Made by a program: the position numbers and the translations under genes
NCBI GenBank assembly: GCA_964644695.1
Contig: CAZXWN010000015.1
Span: 1 to 64,000, forward strand
DNA from: an uncultured bacterium
GTDB taxonomy: Bacteria; UBP4; UBA4092
Length of the DNA: 64,000 nucleotides
Direction of reading: 5' to 3'
Notes under the pieces: generated by a model
Database searches by the model: none
The model's input: the letters and a program-made list of their open reading frames with translations, nothing else
Told to the model about the DNA's origin: nothing
Shown here: one piece after another, positions 18,707 through 31,266 of the stretch
Position numbering within the stretch: position 1 is the first letter of the stretch
Layout: every line of letters starts with the position of its first letter

Positions 18707-19906
18707 ATGTGGCGTAATTTACTTGTGAAATTTTTATTCTTGATGTATGTAGTAAGTTTTTTAGGATGCAGTAAAGACACCCAAAATAATCTGGGTGTAC
18801 CTGAAAAATCAGTTAATGTTTTAACAATTACCGCTCAATACAAACAGACTCCTGACCTAGAATCTATTCCTGGAACAGTAAATGCAGTAGAAAATATTCA
18901 AATTGCTTCAAAAGTAATGGGGACAATCCTTAGCATAAAAGTCCAAGAAGGAGATACTGTTAGGATGGGACAATCTTTGGTAAGTATTGACAGTCGAGAC
19001 TTACAACCCGGTGTAAATAAAGCCGCTGCTGCTTTAGATGAAATGGATGCTGCCCTGACTGAATTACTAAAGATTGAAAGGGAATTGGACGCTTCTATTG
19101 ATGCTGCTCAAGCAAATTATGATTATGCGTCAACTAATTTCCAAAGATATAAATCTTTATTTGATAAGGACGCTATTTCCAAGGAGATGTTTGATGAAGT
19201 GCGAAGACAATATAGTTTAGCTGTTGCTAATTTGTCTGTAGTTAAGGCTAGAAAATCTGGATTGACCGATAAAAAAAATCAGTTGATATCAAAGCAACAT
19301 CAAGTTCAAGCCGATATGCAATTAGCAAAAACATATCTGGGAAATACCCAAATTGTATCTCCTGTGGCAGGAAGAGTGATTAGACGATTGCATGATCCTG
19401 GCTCCATGGCTGTTCCTGGTCAACCAATACTGTTAATAGAATCTGGTGGTTTTGAATTTATTGGGTCAATAAAAGAATCTCTTTCTGAAAACATCAGAGT
19501 AGGGGATTCTGTAAAAATTGATTTCAATAATTCAAAGGAATCTATAGCCGCTAAAGTGAGTCAAGTTGTGCCGAGTGTAGATGCAATGAGTAGAACAGTG
19601 AGAATCAAAGTTAGATTACCAAGGGGGATTAAAATTCAATCCGGTGCTTATGGAAAGCTTTTAATCCCACTAGGTAGTTCTCAAAAACTGATGCTTCCCA
19701 TAGATTCTGTAGTGAAGAGGAATTCTATTGAGGGTGTTTTTGTGGTTAGTGATGAAAATATTGTCAGATATAGACCTGTAAAAACAAGCAATACCGTGGA
19801 TAATCAAGTGGTAATAGTATCTGGAGTACAGGTGGGTGATAATGTGATATATCCAGTACCCCACGGCTTGAAGGAAGGGATGAAAGTGAAGGTTGACCGT
19901 GAATAA
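18707..19906 (+). CDS. RND efflux periplasmic adaptor (MFP), lipoprotein
   Basis: Lipobox FLGC, lipoyl halves ([25 protein letters not shown]) and a coiled-coil hairpin. Confidence 0.92.
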   Translation: MWRNLLVKFLFLMYVVSFLGCSKDTQNNLGVPEKSVNVLTITAQYKQTPDLESIPGTVNAVENIQIASKVMGTILSIKVQEGDTVRMGQSLVSIDSRDLQPGVNKAAAALDEMDAALTELLKIERELDASIDAAQANYDYASTNFQRYKSLFDKDAISKEMFDEVRRQYSLAVANLSVVKARKSGLTDKKNQLISKQHQVQADMQLAKTYLGNTQIVSPVAGRVIRRLHDPGSMAVPGQPILLIESGGFEFIGSIKESLSENIRVGDSVKIDFNNSKESIAAKVSQVVPSVDAMSRTVRIKVRLPRGIKIQSGAYGKLLIPLGSSQKLMLPIDSVVKRNSIEGVFVVSDENIVRYRPVKTSNTVDNQVVIVSGVQVGDNVIYPVPHGLKEGMKVKVDRE

Positions 19907-22900
19907 AATAGGATTTGCGGGCAAGGTTGCCCGTTTTTTTATTAATTCAAAACTAACACCACTTATTATTTTGACATGTCTTTTGCTTGGATTATTTGCG
20001 GTAGTGAATACTCCTCGTGAAGAAGAACCCCAAATCTTAGTGCCAATGGTGGATATCTATCTGCCATATCCAGGTGCTGGTAGTAAAGAAGTTGAGGAGA
20101 GGGTTACTACTCCGATTGAAAAATATATCAGTGAAATACCGGGAGTGGAATATGTATATTCTGTTACTCGTCCTGGAATGAGCATGTTGATAGTGAGATT
20201 TTTGGTTGGACAGGATCCTGAAAAAAGTTTAGTTAAAGTGTATGACAAATTAAACGCCAATATAGATAAAGTTCCTCCGGGTGTATTAGCTCCTCTTGTA
20301 AAACTAAAATCTATAGATGATGTGCCTATAATGAGCTTAACTCTGTGGAGTGACAAAATTGATAGCGCTTCACTAAGGAAGATTGCCTTTGAACTTGATG
20401 ATCAATTAAAACAAATTGATAATGTAGCTAATACCCAAGTTATCGGAGGGCAACGGCGACAATTTAAAATTCTTCTAAATCCTGATCAGTTGACTATATA
20501 TAATTTATCACCTCTATCTGTAGTGGAAAAATTACATGAATCTAATGTTGAATTACCTTCTGGCAATATGGTGAGTTCCAATGAAGAATTTAGAATAAAT
20601 TCAGGTGGTTTTATTGAGAATATTGATGAACTTAAATCTCTAGTAATTGGTGTACATAACAACAATCCTATTTATTTAAATGATGTTGCATCTGTGGAAG
20701 ATGATGTTGAAGAGCCTTTAAATTATGTGTTTCTAGGAATTGGTCCAGCCGGAAATGAAAAGAATATTCAGCCAAAATTTGAGGGAGGTACATATCCTGC
20801 TGTAACGCTATCCATAGCAAAAAGAAAAGGATCAAATGCAACTACAGTTGCAGAAAATGTGATTCATAAAATAGAGAATCTTAAGTCTGAGTTAATTCCT
20901 AGTGAGGTAAATATAACCATTACCCGCAACTATGGGGAAACAGCTCAGGAAAAGTCGAATGAGTTACTTTATCACATGCTCATTGCAACCGTATCAGTTA
21001 TAATTTTGATGGCTTTAGCTCTTGGGTGGAGAGACTCTTTAGTGGTTGCTGTCGCGATTCCTGTAACCTTGGCATTAACGCTATTCCTTTATTATCTAAT
21101 GGGATATACATTAAATCGTGTAACTCTCTTTGCATTAATCTTTTCTATTGGTATTTTGGTGGATGACGCTATTGTTGTAGTTGAAAACATTCATCGTTAT
21201 TTTTCCTCGAAAATCGGGTTAACTCCTATGGATACTGCCGTATCGGCTGTTGATGAAGTGGGTAATCCAAATATTCTTGCGACCTTTACAGTTATTGCTG
21301 CTATTCTTCCAATGGCGTTCGTGTCTGGTTTAATGGGACCATATATGATGCCCATACCTATTGGTGCTTCATTGGCAATGCTCTTTTCATTATTCATTGC
21401 TTTTATTATTTCTCCTTATTTATCTTTTAGAATGTTAGGTGAAACAAATCATAAAAATGCTTCACCTGATGATAAACTGGCTCACACTAAAACATGGGAC
21501 TATCAAATCTATGTGAAATTCATGACTCCTTTGATAAAGGTTCCAATTATACGTTGGTCTTTTTTAAGTAGTGTGATACTTCTTCTTGTATTAGCAATAT
21601 CGTTGGTATATTTCAAAGTTGTCAGAGTTAAAATGTTGCCTTTTGACAATAAAAGTGAATTTCAAATTGTAATTGATATGCCAGAAGGGAGAACGTTAGA
21701 AGATACATATCGTGTTACACATGAAATTGGATCCTATCTGGAAACGGTTCCTGAAGTTACTGATTTTCAAGGATATGTAGGAACTTCGGCCCCCTTTAAT
21801 TTTAATGGTTTAGTTAGGCATTACTTTCTAAGAAGTGAGTCGTACCAATCTGATTTACAAGTAAACCTTCAATCCAAACATCGTCGAAACACTCAAAGTC
21901 ATGATATTGCTAAGCGTATACGTCCTAAAGTTGTATCTATTGGTGCAAAATATGGAGCCAGAATAAAGGTTGTGGAGATCCCTCCCGGACCTCCTGTTAT
22001 GCAAACTCTAGTTGCTGAAATATATGGGCCTGATATAGATCGACAGAGAGATGTAGCAAAGCATGTTCGGTCAGTATTTGAAAAAACAGAGAGTGTTGTT
22101 GATGTTGATTGGGATGTAGAAGATGACCAATCCAAAATGTTATTAAAAGTTGATAAAGAAAAGGCAGCAATAAATGGCATCTCTACTGAAGCTATTGCAC
22201 GGACTTTAAATGTAGCCCTGAATGGATATATGGTAGGACTTCCAATGTTACCAGATGAAAAAGAGCCCGTTTCCCTAATGGTTCGGGTTCCTGTTGGAGA
22301 AAGATCTGATATTATGAGCCTTAAATCAATACGGGTTCAGAATGCATCAGGTCAACTAATTCCTTTATCTGAGTTGATTAGTGTTGAAAGTGGAATTGAA
22401 GATAAGAGTATATATCATAAAAACATGAAACGGGTCGTTTATGTGACCGGTGATGTGGCTGGTCGTGAAGAAAGCCCCGCATATGCAATTCAGAAAATGT
22501 CAAAGGAAATTCAGTCAATAAATACCCCTGAAGGGTATCAAATTGAAGAGTATTATGCCCACGCACCTTTTATGGACGATAAACTTGCCATGAAATGGGA
22601 TGGTGAAATGCAAATTACAATTGAAGTTTTCCGTGATTTGGGTATAGCCTTTGGTATCGTTTTGATATTAATTTATATTTTGGTGGTGGCATGGTTCCAG
22701 TCCTTTACTACACCTTTAGTTATAATGGCGCCGATTCCTTTGACATTGATTGGTATTTTGCCGGGGCATGCTTTGTTTGGAGCATTTTTTACTGCGACAT
22801 CCATGATTGGAATGATAGCATTAGCTGGAATCATCGTGAGAAATTCAATTATTCTGATTGATTTTGTTGAAATCAGGCGTAGAGATGGTTGGAAGTTAGA

Positions 22901-23249
22901 AGATGCTATTATTGATGCCGGTGCCGTTCGGTTTCGGCCAATGCTACTAACTGCCTCTGCAGTAGTTGTGGGAAGTTTTGTGATGTTGTTTGACCCTATA
23001 TTCCAAGGACTTGCTATTGCATTAATGTTTGGTGAGGTTGCAAGTACACTTCTTTCACGTGTAACTATTCCTATCTTGTATTATCTGGCTGAAAGAAATA
23101 GACAGAAATCCCATAATATATCATTGGTTAGTAGAATACGTGAAAATATGATACGCAGATTAAAAAAAGAAGATGCTGTGGAAAGTCATCAAAATGATGC
23201 TATATGTGGTAAGGAAATTAACTCTGAAGGTAAGGGGAGTGAAGAGTGA
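19899..23249 (+). CDS. RND efflux permease (AcrB/AcrD/AcrF family)
   Basis: [45 protein letters not shown] 19899 has the better RBS (TTG 19893 is the alternative start). Confidence 0.95.
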   Translation: MNKIGFAGKVARFFINSKLTPLIILTCLLLGLFAVVNTPREEEPQILVPMVDIYLPYPGAGSKEVEERVTTPIEKYISEIPGVEYVYSVTRPGMSMLIVRFLVGQDPEKSLVKVYDKLNANIDKVPPGVLAPLVKLKSIDDVPIMSLTLWSDKIDSASLRKIAFELDDQLKQIDNVANTQVIGGQRRQFKILLNPDQLTIYNLSPLSVVEKLHESNVELPSGNMVSSNEEFRINSGGFIENIDELKSLVIGVHNNNPIYLNDVASVEDDVEEPLNYVFLGIGPAGNEKNIQPKFEGGTYPAVTLSIAKRKGSNATTVAENVIHKIENLKSELIPSEVNITITRNYGETAQEKSNELLYHMLIATVSVIILMALALGWRDSLVVAVAIPVTLALTLFLYYLMGYTLNRVTLFALIFSIGILVDDAIVVVENIHRYFSSKIGLTPMDTAVSAVDEVGNPNILATFTVIAAILPMAFVSGLMGPYMMPIPIGASLAMLFSLFIAFIISPYLSFRMLGETNHKNASPDDKLAHTKTWDYQIYVKFMTPLIKVPIIRWSFLSSVILLLVLAISLVYFKVVRVKMLPFDNKSEFQIVIDMPEGRTLEDTYRVTHEIGSYLETVPEVTDFQGYVGTSAPFNFNGLVRHYFLRSESYQSDLQVNLQSKHRRNTQSHDIAKRIRPKVVSIGAKYGARIKVVEIPPGPPVMQTLVAEIYGPDIDRQRDVAKHVRSVFEKTESVVDVDWDVEDDQSKMLLKVDKEKAAINGISTEAIARTLNVALNGYMVGLPMLPDEKEPVSLMVRVPVGERSDIMSLKSIRVQNASGQLIPLSELISVESGIEDKSIYHKNMKRVVYVTGDVAGREESPAYAIQKMSKEIQSINTPEGYQIEEYYAHAPFMDDKLAMKWDGEMQITIEVFRDLGIAFGIVLILIYILVVAWFQSFTTPLVIMAPIPLTLIGILPGHALFGAFFTATSMIGMIALAGIIVRNSIILIDFVEIRRRDGWKLEDAIIDAGAVRFRPMLLTASAVVVGSFVMLFDPIFQGLAIALMFGEVASTLLSRVTIPILYYLAERNRQKSHNISLVSRIRENMIRRLKKEDAVESHQNDAICGKEINSEGKGSEE

Positions 23250-23545
23250 AACAGTTGATAATTATGTGCAGTGAATCTATTGCAGGACACGTGACACAGG
23301 TTTTAGATACTGTAATCCATATGGAGGGTTATGTGAGAGTTAGTGGAAGTGGTGTCAAATGTAAAGTGCCTGTCTCAGGAACTTATGAGGGGAAAAGTAT
23401 TCCATGGTCTGCAGAAGTATTTATTATGGCATTGCCGGAGGATACCGTTAAGATTATTACTGATGAACTAAAGCAATATGCAAACCGTTGCGATATTGCC
23501 CCGTGTTTGAGGATGATCGTTACCTCTATCGAAGAACTATTTTGA
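23246..23545 (+). CDS. PII-like small protein associated with the RND operon
   Basis: 99 aa, overlaps the permease stop (GTGA); GYVRVSGSG...WSAEVFI pattern resembles transporter-associated PII-like proteins. Confidence 0.5.
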   Translation: MKQLIIMCSESIAGHVTQVLDTVIHMEGYVRVSGSGVKCKVPVSGTYEGKSIPWSAEVFIMALPEDTVKIITDELKQYANRCDIAPCLRMIVTSIEELF

Positions 23546-23555
23546 AAATACTGAA

Positions 23556-24008
23556 CTAAAAAAGATTGAGTATATTGGTTAATTCTTGGATTGTCTTTTG
23601 TTTTGTTTGAGGCCCTCCTAACTTAAATAGCTCTAATTCAACATTTTTTCTCAAGCTTTCAGGTTCTATGGGTTTAGTTAAATACAACGTTGCCCCATGT
23701 TTATATCCATCTGCTATGTCTTTAAGTGAATCCATAATCGATAACATAATGACAGGTGTATTTTTATATTGCTCATTATTCCTGAAGTGTGTGCAAAATT
23801 CTAAGCCACTAATCACAGGCATTTGAGAATCCAAGATAAGAAGATCTGGCTCAATAAAGTTGAGATGATTCAGTGCTAGATTGCCATCTTCCAAGGTAAT
23901 TACTTCCATACCATCTTCAAGGCATATCTTTATGAATTCTAGAATATCTGGGTCATCATCAACAGCTAACACTCTAAAGCCATGAGTTGTGTTAAAAATA
24001 TGCTCCAT
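23556..24008 (-). CDS. Stand-alone response regulator receiver protein
   Basis: VLAVDDD, PDLLILD (phospho-Asp), YLTKP. CAT at 24006-24008 and CTA at 23556-23558 show the gene is on the minus strand despite the track label. Confidence 0.88.
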   Translation of the reverse strand: MEHIFNTTHGFRVLAVDDDPDILEFIKICLEDGMEVITLEDGNLALNHLNFIEPDLLILDSQMPVISGLEFCTHFRNNEQYKNTPVIMLSIMDSLKDIADGYKHGATLYLTKPIEPESLRKNVELELFKLGGPQTKQKTIQELTNILNLF

Positions 24009-24105
24009 AAAACAACCCTCCCGAGCGGTCCCTTTACTTCATTATAATCTATTTTGAATTAAGGAATCATCACGGAAGGGTGATTTGTTTTGATTTTATT
24101 GTGTT

Positions 24106-27100
24106 TTATTTGAAGGGTGTATACTCAATGTTCTGATGGTATTCCTGAATAGATTGAACATCCATATCTCCCTTTTGAATTGCTTCAATACCACGAATAG
24201 CTGCTTTAGCCGCAGCAATTGTGGTGATAACAGGGATTGAATGTCCAATTGCATTACGCCGAATTGATTTTTCATCATACTTGGATGAGGCTCCAAGAGG
24301 AGTATTGATAATTAACTGAATTTCCTTATTTAGAACATGATCAACAACATTCGGTCTACCTTCATTGACCTTCATAATGGTTTTACAGGGAACTTGTGCT
24401 TTAATGAGGCATTCAGCTGTTCCCTTTGTTGCCATAATTTGGAATCCTAATTTGTTGAGTTCCATGGCGATTTCAACAATGGCTTCTTTATCTCGATCAT
24501 TGACGCTGATAAAAACAGATCCGCTTTGTGGAAGAGTTTGATTGGCAGCTGCCTGTGATTTTGCAAAGGCTCGTCCAAAGTCGCTGTCAATCCCCATTAC
24601 TTCACCTGTTGATTTCATTTCTGGGCCCAAAAGAATATCCGTGCCGGGGAATTTCACAAAAGGTAAAACGACTTCTTTGACGGAGATATGCTTAAACTTT
24701 GGCTCGCCTTTGATGCCACAGTCTTCAAGTGATTTGCCAGTCATACACAGCGCTGCAGCCTTAGCCAGTGAAATACCGACACTCTTCGAAACAAAGGGTA
24801 CTGTACGAGAAGCTCTGGGATTAACTTCCAAAACATAGACATCATTGCCTTTTACTGCGTATTGTACATTCATCAGGCCTATAACATTAAGTGCTTTTGT
24901 CATCTTAAAGGTATAATTGCGAATGGTTTCAATCACACTGTCTGATAACGAGTAAGGGGGGATGCAACAGGCTGAATCTCCAGAGTGGATGCCCGCTTGT
25001 TCAATATGTTGCATAATAGCTCCAATGATGGATTTCTTTCCATCAGATAGAGCATCTACATCAACTTCAATCGCATCTTCCAGGAAACGGTCAATCAAGA
25101 TTGGATGTTCTGGTGATGCAATTATTGCTCGGGCCATGTAATTTCGAAGGGATGCTTCATTGTACACAATTTCCATAGCTCTCCCACCTAAAACATAAGA
25201 AGGGCGAACCAATACTGGATATCCGACTGTATTTGCAACTCCAACGGCTTCCTCGACAGAACGAGCTGTTCCATTAGGTGGACAAGGAATCCCAAGCTCG
25301 CTTAACAGGGCGCCAAATCGCTTTCGATCTTCAGCTAAATCAATGGAGTCAGGGGATGTCCCTAATATTTTTACACCAGCGGTTTCAAGTGGAACAGCCA
25401 GGTTTAATGGTGTCTGACCGCCAAATTGAACAATTACACCGAGCGGTTCTTCAACATCAATAATGTTTAATACATCTTCACGAGTGAGAGGTTCAAAGTA
25501 CAATCTGTCAGAAATGTCGTAGTCAGTAGATACCGTTTCAGGATTGGAGTTGACCATGATAACTTCATATCCGGCTTCACGGAGTGCCTGAACGCCATGG
25601 ACACAACAATAGTCAAATTCAATACCCTGCCCAATACGATTGGGGCCACCACCCAGAATGACTACTCTGGGTTTAGTCCCTCTCCTGTGTTCACTTTCAG
25701 TTTCGTAGGTGGAGTAATAATATGGGGTTTGTGCCTCAAATTCTGCTGCACAGGTATCAACCGTCTTGAATGTAGCAATAACATCCCACTGTTTTCTTAA
25801 CTGGCGGATAGCCTCTTCATCAGATTTCAGCAAGTACGCCAGTTGTCGGTCTGAGTATCCAAACCGTTTTGCTTCGCGAAGAACTTCAGGAGAAATGGTC
25901 TTTGTTTGAGAATCTGCACATCCAGGCATTCTGTATGTTTCCAGAAGATTCTCCATCTCAATAAGCTCTTCAAGATTTTTTATGAACCAGGGATCAATCG
26001 CTGTCTTTTGGAAAAGCTCTTCCCGAGTCATTCCATTCTTCAGAGCATGATGAATATAGAATAAACGCATGGCATTAGGTCTTGTAATATATTCATCAAG
26101 TTTGTCGAGTTCCAACAAGCCTTTGCCATCAGCACCAAATCCGAATCGTCCGATTTCTAAACCACGAATACCTTTTTGTAAGGCTTCTTTAAATGTTCGG
26201 CCAATGGCCATCGTTTCACCAACGGATTTCATTTGTGTATTTAAAGTGGTATCTGCCCCTTTAAATTTCTCAAAAGCGAATCGTGGAATTTTTACAACGC
26301 AGTAGTCAATGGTTGGTTCAAAACAGGCTGGCGTCAGTTTAGTAATATCATTTTTAATTTCATCAAGTGTAAGTCCGACTGCGAGTTTTGCAGCAATCTT
26401 GGCTATTGGGAATCCTGTAGCTTTGGAAGCAAGTGCTGATGAACGAGAGACTCTAGGATTCATTTCAATAACGACGACTCGACCATCTTTAGGGTTAATT
26501 GCAAATTGGATGTTGGAACCACCGGTTTCAACACCAATTTCCCGGATAACAGCCGCAGAGGCATCACGAAGTCTTTGGTATTCTTTATCGGTTAATGTTT
26601 GAGCCGGGGCAACAGTAATAGAATCTCCGGTATGGACACCCATCGGATCAAAATTTTCTATGGAACAGATGACGACGAAATTGTCCATCTTATCCCGCAT
26701 AACTTCGAGCTCGTATTCTTTCCACCCCAATACAGATTCCTCAATCAGAACTTCATGTACTGGACTGTTGTCAATTCCCCAGGTAACCATCTGGGAATAT
26801 TCTTCCATGTTATAGGCAATTCCGCCCCCAGTGCCGCCGAGGGTGAAGGAAGGACGAATAATGGCTGGGAACCCGATATCTGAAATACAGGCCATTGCTT
26901 CATCTTTATTGTGGACAACAGCTGATTTCGGTACTTCCAGTCCTATGCGTTGCATGGCTTCTTTAAATTTCAAGCGGTCTTCAGCTTTTTTAATGGCTTC
27001 AATGGTGGCACCGATCATTTCGACACCATACTTTTCTAATACACCGGATTCTGCTAATTCCACAGATGTATTTAGACCGGTTTGCCCCCCCAGTGTGGGA

Positions 27101-27360
27101 AGAAGTGCATCGGGTCGTTCACGGGCAATAATCTTCTCAACCATTTCCGCCGTGATAGGTTCGATGTATGTTCTATTCCCTACGGCTGGATCTGTCATGA
27201 TCGTGGCCGGGTTGGAATTGACTAAGATTACTTCATAACCTTCATCACGAAGAGATTTGCAGCCTTGCGTTCCAGAATAGTCGAATTCACAAGCTTGGCC
27301 GATGATGATGGGTCCTGAACCGATGATGAGGATTTTCTTAATGTCGGTGCGTTTAGGCAT
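24106..27360 (-). CDS. carB: Carbamoyl-phosphate synthase large subunit
   Basis: [30 protein letters not shown], duplicated ATP-grasp domains, MGS domain. Confidence 0.98.
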   Translation of the reverse strand: MPKRTDIKKILIIGSGPIIIGQACEFDYSGTQGCKSLRDEGYEVILVNSNPATIMTDPAVGNRTYIEPITAEMVEKIIARERPDALLPTLGGQTGLNTSVELAESGVLEKYGVEMIGATIEAIKKAEDRLKFKEAMQRIGLEVPKSAVVHNKDEAMACISDIGFPAIIRPSFTLGGTGGGIAYNMEEYSQMVTWGIDNSPVHEVLIEESVLGWKEYELEVMRDKMDNFVVICSIENFDPMGVHTGDSITVAPAQTLTDKEYQRLRDASAAVIREIGVETGGSNIQFAINPKDGRVVVIEMNPRVSRSSALASKATGFPIAKIAAKLAVGLTLDEIKNDITKLTPACFEPTIDYCVVKIPRFAFEKFKGADTTLNTQMKSVGETMAIGRTFKEALQKGIRGLEIGRFGFGADGKGLLELDKLDEYITRPNAMRLFYIHHALKNGMTREELFQKTAIDPWFIKNLEELIEMENLLETYRMPGCADSQTKTISPEVLREAKRFGYSDRQLAYLLKSDEEAIRQLRKQWDVIATFKTVDTCAAEFEAQTPYYYSTYETESEHRRGTKPRVVILGGGPNRIGQGIEFDYCCVHGVQALREAGYEVIMVNSNPETVSTDYDISDRLYFEPLTREDVLNIIDVEEPLGVIVQFGGQTPLNLAVPLETAGVKILGTSPDSIDLAEDRKRFGALLSELGIPCPPNGTARSVEEAVGVANTVGYPVLVRPSYVLGGRAMEIVYNEASLRNYMARAIIASPEHPILIDRFLEDAIEVDVDALSDGKKSIIGAIMQHIEQAGIHSGDSACCIPPYSLSDSVIETIRNYTFKMTKALNVIGLMNVQYAVKGNDVYVLEVNPRASRTVPFVSKSVGISLAKAAALCMTGKSLEDCGIKGEPKFKHISVKEVVLPFVKFPGTDILLGPEMKSTGEVMGIDSDFGRAFAKSQAAANQTLPQSGSVFISVNDRDKEAIVEIAMELNKLGFQIMATKGTAECLIKAQVPCKTIMKVNEGRPNVVDHVLNKEIQLIINTPLGASSKYDEKSIRRNAIGHSIPVITTIAAAKAAIRGIEAIQKGDMDVQSIQEYHQNIEYTPFK

Positions 27361-27584
27361 GATTTACCTGTCTGACCTCTTTAGCAAAGAGATTTTTTTG
27401 TTTATTCCGTGGGGCAGGAAACGCATATTTCTTTATACTCGACCTCCGTGCCACGGTCCGAAAGGTCGCAATACGCGTATCCTAATAATTTTACACTAGA
27501 TAAACCCTGTTTGTCAGGTAGGTTATCACGAAAAACCGTAACTTCATGGTACATAACAGTTAAAAATAGTTTTATATAAGGGCT

Positions 27585-27902
27585 TTATATGAACCAGGGG
27601 AAGGAATTTATAATGGGGGAAAGCGAAGGGTAATACCTTTGGATTGCTGTCAGTTCTCCCAAAAGAATAATAAAAAAACAAAATAGAAAGAAAATAATTT
27701 TGATAACGAAGAATTCGGCTTCCTTTTGTGCATTTCGCCACTCATTGGGAAGCTCATGCCAGGCTGGAGTATAAAATGTATCGAAATTATCCATAAAACA
27801 TGAAAATGAAGTGAAAAATGCGATAAATATAGCAATCAAGACTGGTATATTGCCAAGAATTAATAAGAACCATCCTCTTACTTGTAGAAGAGAGAAGACC
27901 AT
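27585..27902 (-). CDS. Hypothetical small membrane protein
   Basis: ATG 27902 directly after the wzz-like stop; two hydrophobic stretches; AT-rich. Confidence 0.35.
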   Translation of the reverse strand: MVFSLLQVRGWFLLILGNIPVLIAIFIAFFTSFSCFMDNFDTFYTPAWHELPNEWRNAQKEAEFFVIKIIFFLFCFFIILLGELTAIQRYYPSLSPIINSFPWFI

Positions 27903-27903
27903 A

Positions 27904-29181
27904 TTATTTATTGTCTTTGATGTGTGCCAAGAGAAATACAAAGAAGACTGATGCCAGTAAAGCAATGACTCCTACCGCGAGCACTCTGGGTAATCGGCGG
28001 GGACCAATCGGATTATCTGGGACAATGGCTTTTGAGGCAATCCGAATATCGTCAGATGTTTGGGTTCCTTTATCTGACAGATAGGAAATTTTTTCACGTT
28101 CTAACTCTGCATCTTCTTTTCTTTGGGTGATGGTGATAAATTTACTTTGCAGGGCAGCTACATCTCTTTCTAAAGCTGCGGTTCGAGCTTCTTCTCGGGA
28201 GATTTCAGGTTTTAATGATGCAGCTTCCTTATTGATTTCTTTAATCTTAGATGCCAATCCTTGTTTTCTGGCTTGAAGGGCTGCCAGCTCCTTTTTTACA
28301 TCATCTCCAGCTGTGGCTTTACCTGTAACTTCCTTGATTTTTAATTCGATGTCTTTCAGTTGTCCTTCATATCCAATCAAATGGTTTGTTTCCATCAATC
28401 CTGTGGAAGAAGGAATATCTACGCGAATATCTGTTGGTGAAGAGACGTTGGTTACATTATCACTATTTATCAGGTCTTGGGTACGGATTTTACCAACCAT
28501 ATCCCCAGTACTCAGATTGGTTTCTGTTCCTCCGGACGGGACCATATATCCCGATACAAGAGCACGAAGGGTGGCTTGCCTTTTCTTGGCTGCCATGAGT
28601 GATATCTTTCGGTTAATCAATTCAGATTGTTTGGCACTGAGTATTTGCTCCAACCGATCATATTCCTGCTGTAAAAACTGGTAAGTTTGTTCCGAGGCCG
28701 TCTGGGTAATTAAGGTGTATCGGTGGATAAAAATATTGCCCCAGGCATTTGCTAAATCAGCAGCTTCCCTGGGATTGTTAGTTCTGACATAAAGTTCAAT
28801 AATGGGTGAATATGTTTTCCGAAGATTGGTATCTTCTTCAATAAGGAGCCTGGCTTCTAATGAACCACGAATTGCATCGACGGAACATTTCTTTTCCCAA
28901 CCGAGTTTTGCGCGTAATTCTTGAGCCAACTCCGGAGATTCCAGAAGGTTTTTAATTGAAATCATGCTCAACCCTGGGGTATCCGGATCGGCATTGATTT
29001 TCATGACCTGAGGTTTCAGGGCCAGAAGGGTTGCTTTTGCTTCATACACTGGGGGAATCCGCCAGGCATGAATCGCCGCTCCAATGACACAAATCAGAGT
29101 AAAGATAATGATCCAAAGGGCCTTATCTTTCAAGACCTGAATATATTCGTGTAATTCGAGCGGCGGTTTTGGTTTATTCAT
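27904..29181 (-). CDS. Wzz/GumC-like polysaccharide chain-length determinant
   Basis: N-terminal TM followed by PPVYEAKATL, long coiled coil, A.VPDNPIGPRR and a C-terminal TM. Confidence 0.8.
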   Translation of the reverse strand: MNKPKPPLELHEYIQVLKDKALWIIIFTLICVIGAAIHAWRIPPVYEAKATLLALKPQVMKINADPDTPGLSMISIKNLLESPELAQELRAKLGWEKKCSVDAIRGSLEARLLIEEDTNLRKTYSPIIELYVRTNNPREAADLANAWGNIFIHRYTLITQTASEQTYQFLQQEYDRLEQILSAKQSELINRKISLMAAKKRQATLRALVSGYMVPSGGTETNLSTGDMVGKIRTQDLINSDNVTNVSSPTDIRVDIPSSTGLMETNHLIGYEGQLKDIELKIKEVTGKATAGDDVKKELAALQARKQGLASKIKEINKEAASLKPEISREEARTAALERDVAALQSKFITITQRKEDAELEREKISYLSDKGTQTSDDIRIASKAIVPDNPIGPRRLPRVLAVGVIALLASVFFVFLLAHIKDNK

Positions 29182-29190
29182 AAGTTTGTT

Positions 29191-30207
29191 TTAGAACAGT
29201 CCTGGATTTTCTTTCACCCAATTAAATATCCGAGTAATACCCTCTTCGACACTGATTTGAGGTTTCCAACCCAAGTCTCTCTGTGCTTTCCGTGTATCAG
29301 AAATGTAAACCTTCTGATCTCCTGGCCGCCAATCGCCGAAACTGACGGGTACATCATGTCCTAATAATTTCTTCAAGATAGGATGAAATTCATTCCAGAC
29401 GGAGAGTGTGTTTTCAATCCCGCCACCGATGTTATATATCTGACCCGCAGTCTTATCAATGTTAAGAGCCGCTAATTCCATGGCTCGGACCAAATCTTCC
29501 ACATACAATACATCGCGGACTTGTTTGCCATCACCATAGATAGTGATGGGTTTCCCCAGGATTGAGGCAATAATGAAATAGGCGACCCATCCCTGGTCTT
29601 CATTACCAAACTGATGGGTTCCATAAATACAAGACATTCGGAAAACGACTGACCTTAACCCGTAAATACGGCTGTAATCATGGACATACTGATCCGCTGT
29701 ACCCTTTGAACAACCATAGGGTGAATGGAAATCCAATCCTCTGGATTCAGGAACCCCGAATGGAAGTCCATCATATTCATAACGGTCATTTTTCTCAATG
29801 ATGTTCACATCTTCCATGCCGCCATATACCTTATTGGTCGAAGTAACCAGGAAGATCGGATTATCTCCGTAATTACGGGCGGCTTCAAGGGTATTAAAGG
29901 TCCCGAAGGCATTAATCTCAAAATCAGTCCGAGGATCGGTTACTGATGTGGTGACTGCGACCTGGGCTGCATAATTGTAAATAACTTCCTGACCTTTACA
30001 GGCCTCAGAAATTTCATTGTAATTCCGGACATCACCGATAATATAACGGATTTTATCCCCGTGATTTTCTTTCAACCAGGCGAGATTTTTATCTACACCT
30101 TTCCGGGAGAGGTTGTCAAAAATAGTAACTTCATGACCTTTAGACGCAAAATGATTTGCAACATGACATCCGACAAAACCGGCTCCGCCGGTAACTAAAA
30201 CTTTCAT
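29191..30207 (-). CDS. NAD-dependent sugar epimerase (CDP-paratose/tyvelose 2-epimerase-like)
   Basis: VTGGAGFVG, AAQVAVTTS, STNKVYG, SPYGCSK, FRMSCIYG, EDQGWVA. Confidence 0.88.
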   Translation of the reverse strand: MKVLVTGGAGFVGCHVANHFASKGHEVTIFDNLSRKGVDKNLAWLKENHGDKIRYIIGDVRNYNEISEACKGQEVIYNYAAQVAVTTSVTDPRTDFEINAFGTFNTLEAARNYGDNPIFLVTSTNKVYGGMEDVNIIEKNDRYEYDGLPFGVPESRGLDFHSPYGCSKGTADQYVHDYSRIYGLRSVVFRMSCIYGTHQFGNEDQGWVAYFIIASILGKPITIYGDGKQVRDVLYVEDLVRAMELAALNIDKTAGQIYNIGGGIENTLSVWNEFHPILKKLLGHDVPVSFGDWRPGDQKVYISDTRKAQRDLGWKPQISVEEGITRIFNWVKENPGLF

Positions 30208-30394
30208 GGGTCTAATCTTCTTTCACTTATTAGAATAACGAAATTGGGCAGGATCAAAACCCACCTCTAAGTTCAATCATATTATCAATACAGGGCTATT
30301 TATGCAAGAAAACAAGTGTTCACATTCTATTGTAAGAAAAATGGAGTAAAATAGGTGAATCTTTGTCCGTAAAATTTAATAACGAGGTGATTAA

Positions 30395-31192
30395 ATGAAA
30401 ATATTTATTAGTTCTGATATGGAAGGAACTGCAGGAATTGTTAACTGGCAGGAAACAGAACAAGGCAATAAAATGTATGACCATTTTTCCCAACAAATGA
30501 CCCGTGAGGTTGCGGCGGCGTGTCGAGGTGCTTTCGTTGCCGGAGCAAAGGATGTTTTAGTGAAAGATGCTCATTGTTCAGCACGGAACATCAACCCGGA
30601 AGTCCTTCCCCGGGGAACGAAAATCCTCCGAGGGTGGACCCGTAATCTATATAGTATGATGGCGGGGATAGATGACTCTTTTACGGCCGCGGTCTTTACC
30701 GGATACCATAGTCCTGCAAACTGGGATAATAACCCATTGGCACATACAATGACGGGCCAGATATCCTGGATCAAGATTAATGGAATCCAAACCAGTGAGT
30801 TGATTATCAATGGATGGACAGCCGCTTTATTTGGTGTCCCCCTGGTTTGTGTGACGGGCGATGAAGGGATTTGCCGGCAGGCTGAAGAAATCTTCCCTGG
30901 AGTGAAAACAGTCCCCACCAATTTAGGTGTGGGGGGAGCCTGTATTTCCATTCACCCTCTTGATGCCGTGGAACAGATTGAAGCCACAGTGAAAGAAGCT
31001 CTCTCTGGAGATATGTCACGATATAAGGTTCAATTACCATCCCATTTCTCCATGCAGATGAGGTTCCGTGAACATTCTCAGGCCTATTATGCTGCGCAAT
31101 ATCCGGGTGTGACTCAAATTGATCCTCATACCATCGGTTATGAAACGGACAGTTACCTGGAATTCCTCCGAATGTTTATGTTCAGTCATTAA
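30395..31192 (+). CDS. dppA: M55 family D-aminopeptidase
   Basis: IFISSDMEG, VKDAH, GYHS, LAHT, TGD motifs. Confidence 0.9.
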   Translation: MKIFISSDMEGTAGIVNWQETEQGNKMYDHFSQQMTREVAAACRGAFVAGAKDVLVKDAHCSARNINPEVLPRGTKILRGWTRNLYSMMAGIDDSFTAAVFTGYHSPANWDNNPLAHTMTGQISWIKINGIQTSELIINGWTAALFGVPLVCVTGDEGICRQAEEIFPGVKTVPTNLGVGGACISIHPLDAVEQIEATVKEALSGDMSRYKVQLPSHFSMQMRFREHSQAYYAAQYPGVTQIDPHTIGYETDSYLEFLRMFMFSH

Positions 31193-31266
31193 TTAAATCA
31201 TATATAAAAGTACAATCAAAATATTTATGGCATATAATTGGAAAATTCATATAAAAAGGATTCAAC

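Noticed and set aside
23556-24008. ORF track gives + strand for the receiver protein
   Set aside because: The translation matches the reverse complement (CAT at 24006-24008, CTA at 23556-23558); annotated on the minus strand.
12708-24060. tRNA-anchored integrative island covering the AT-rich block
   Set aside because: No integrase and no duplicated tRNA 3' end was seen; the genes right after the tRNAs look native.
24542-27499. Numerous antisense and nested short ORFs over carB, and likewise over other housekeeping genes
   Set aside because: Shadow ORFs of well-supported genes with no independent motifs or RBS.
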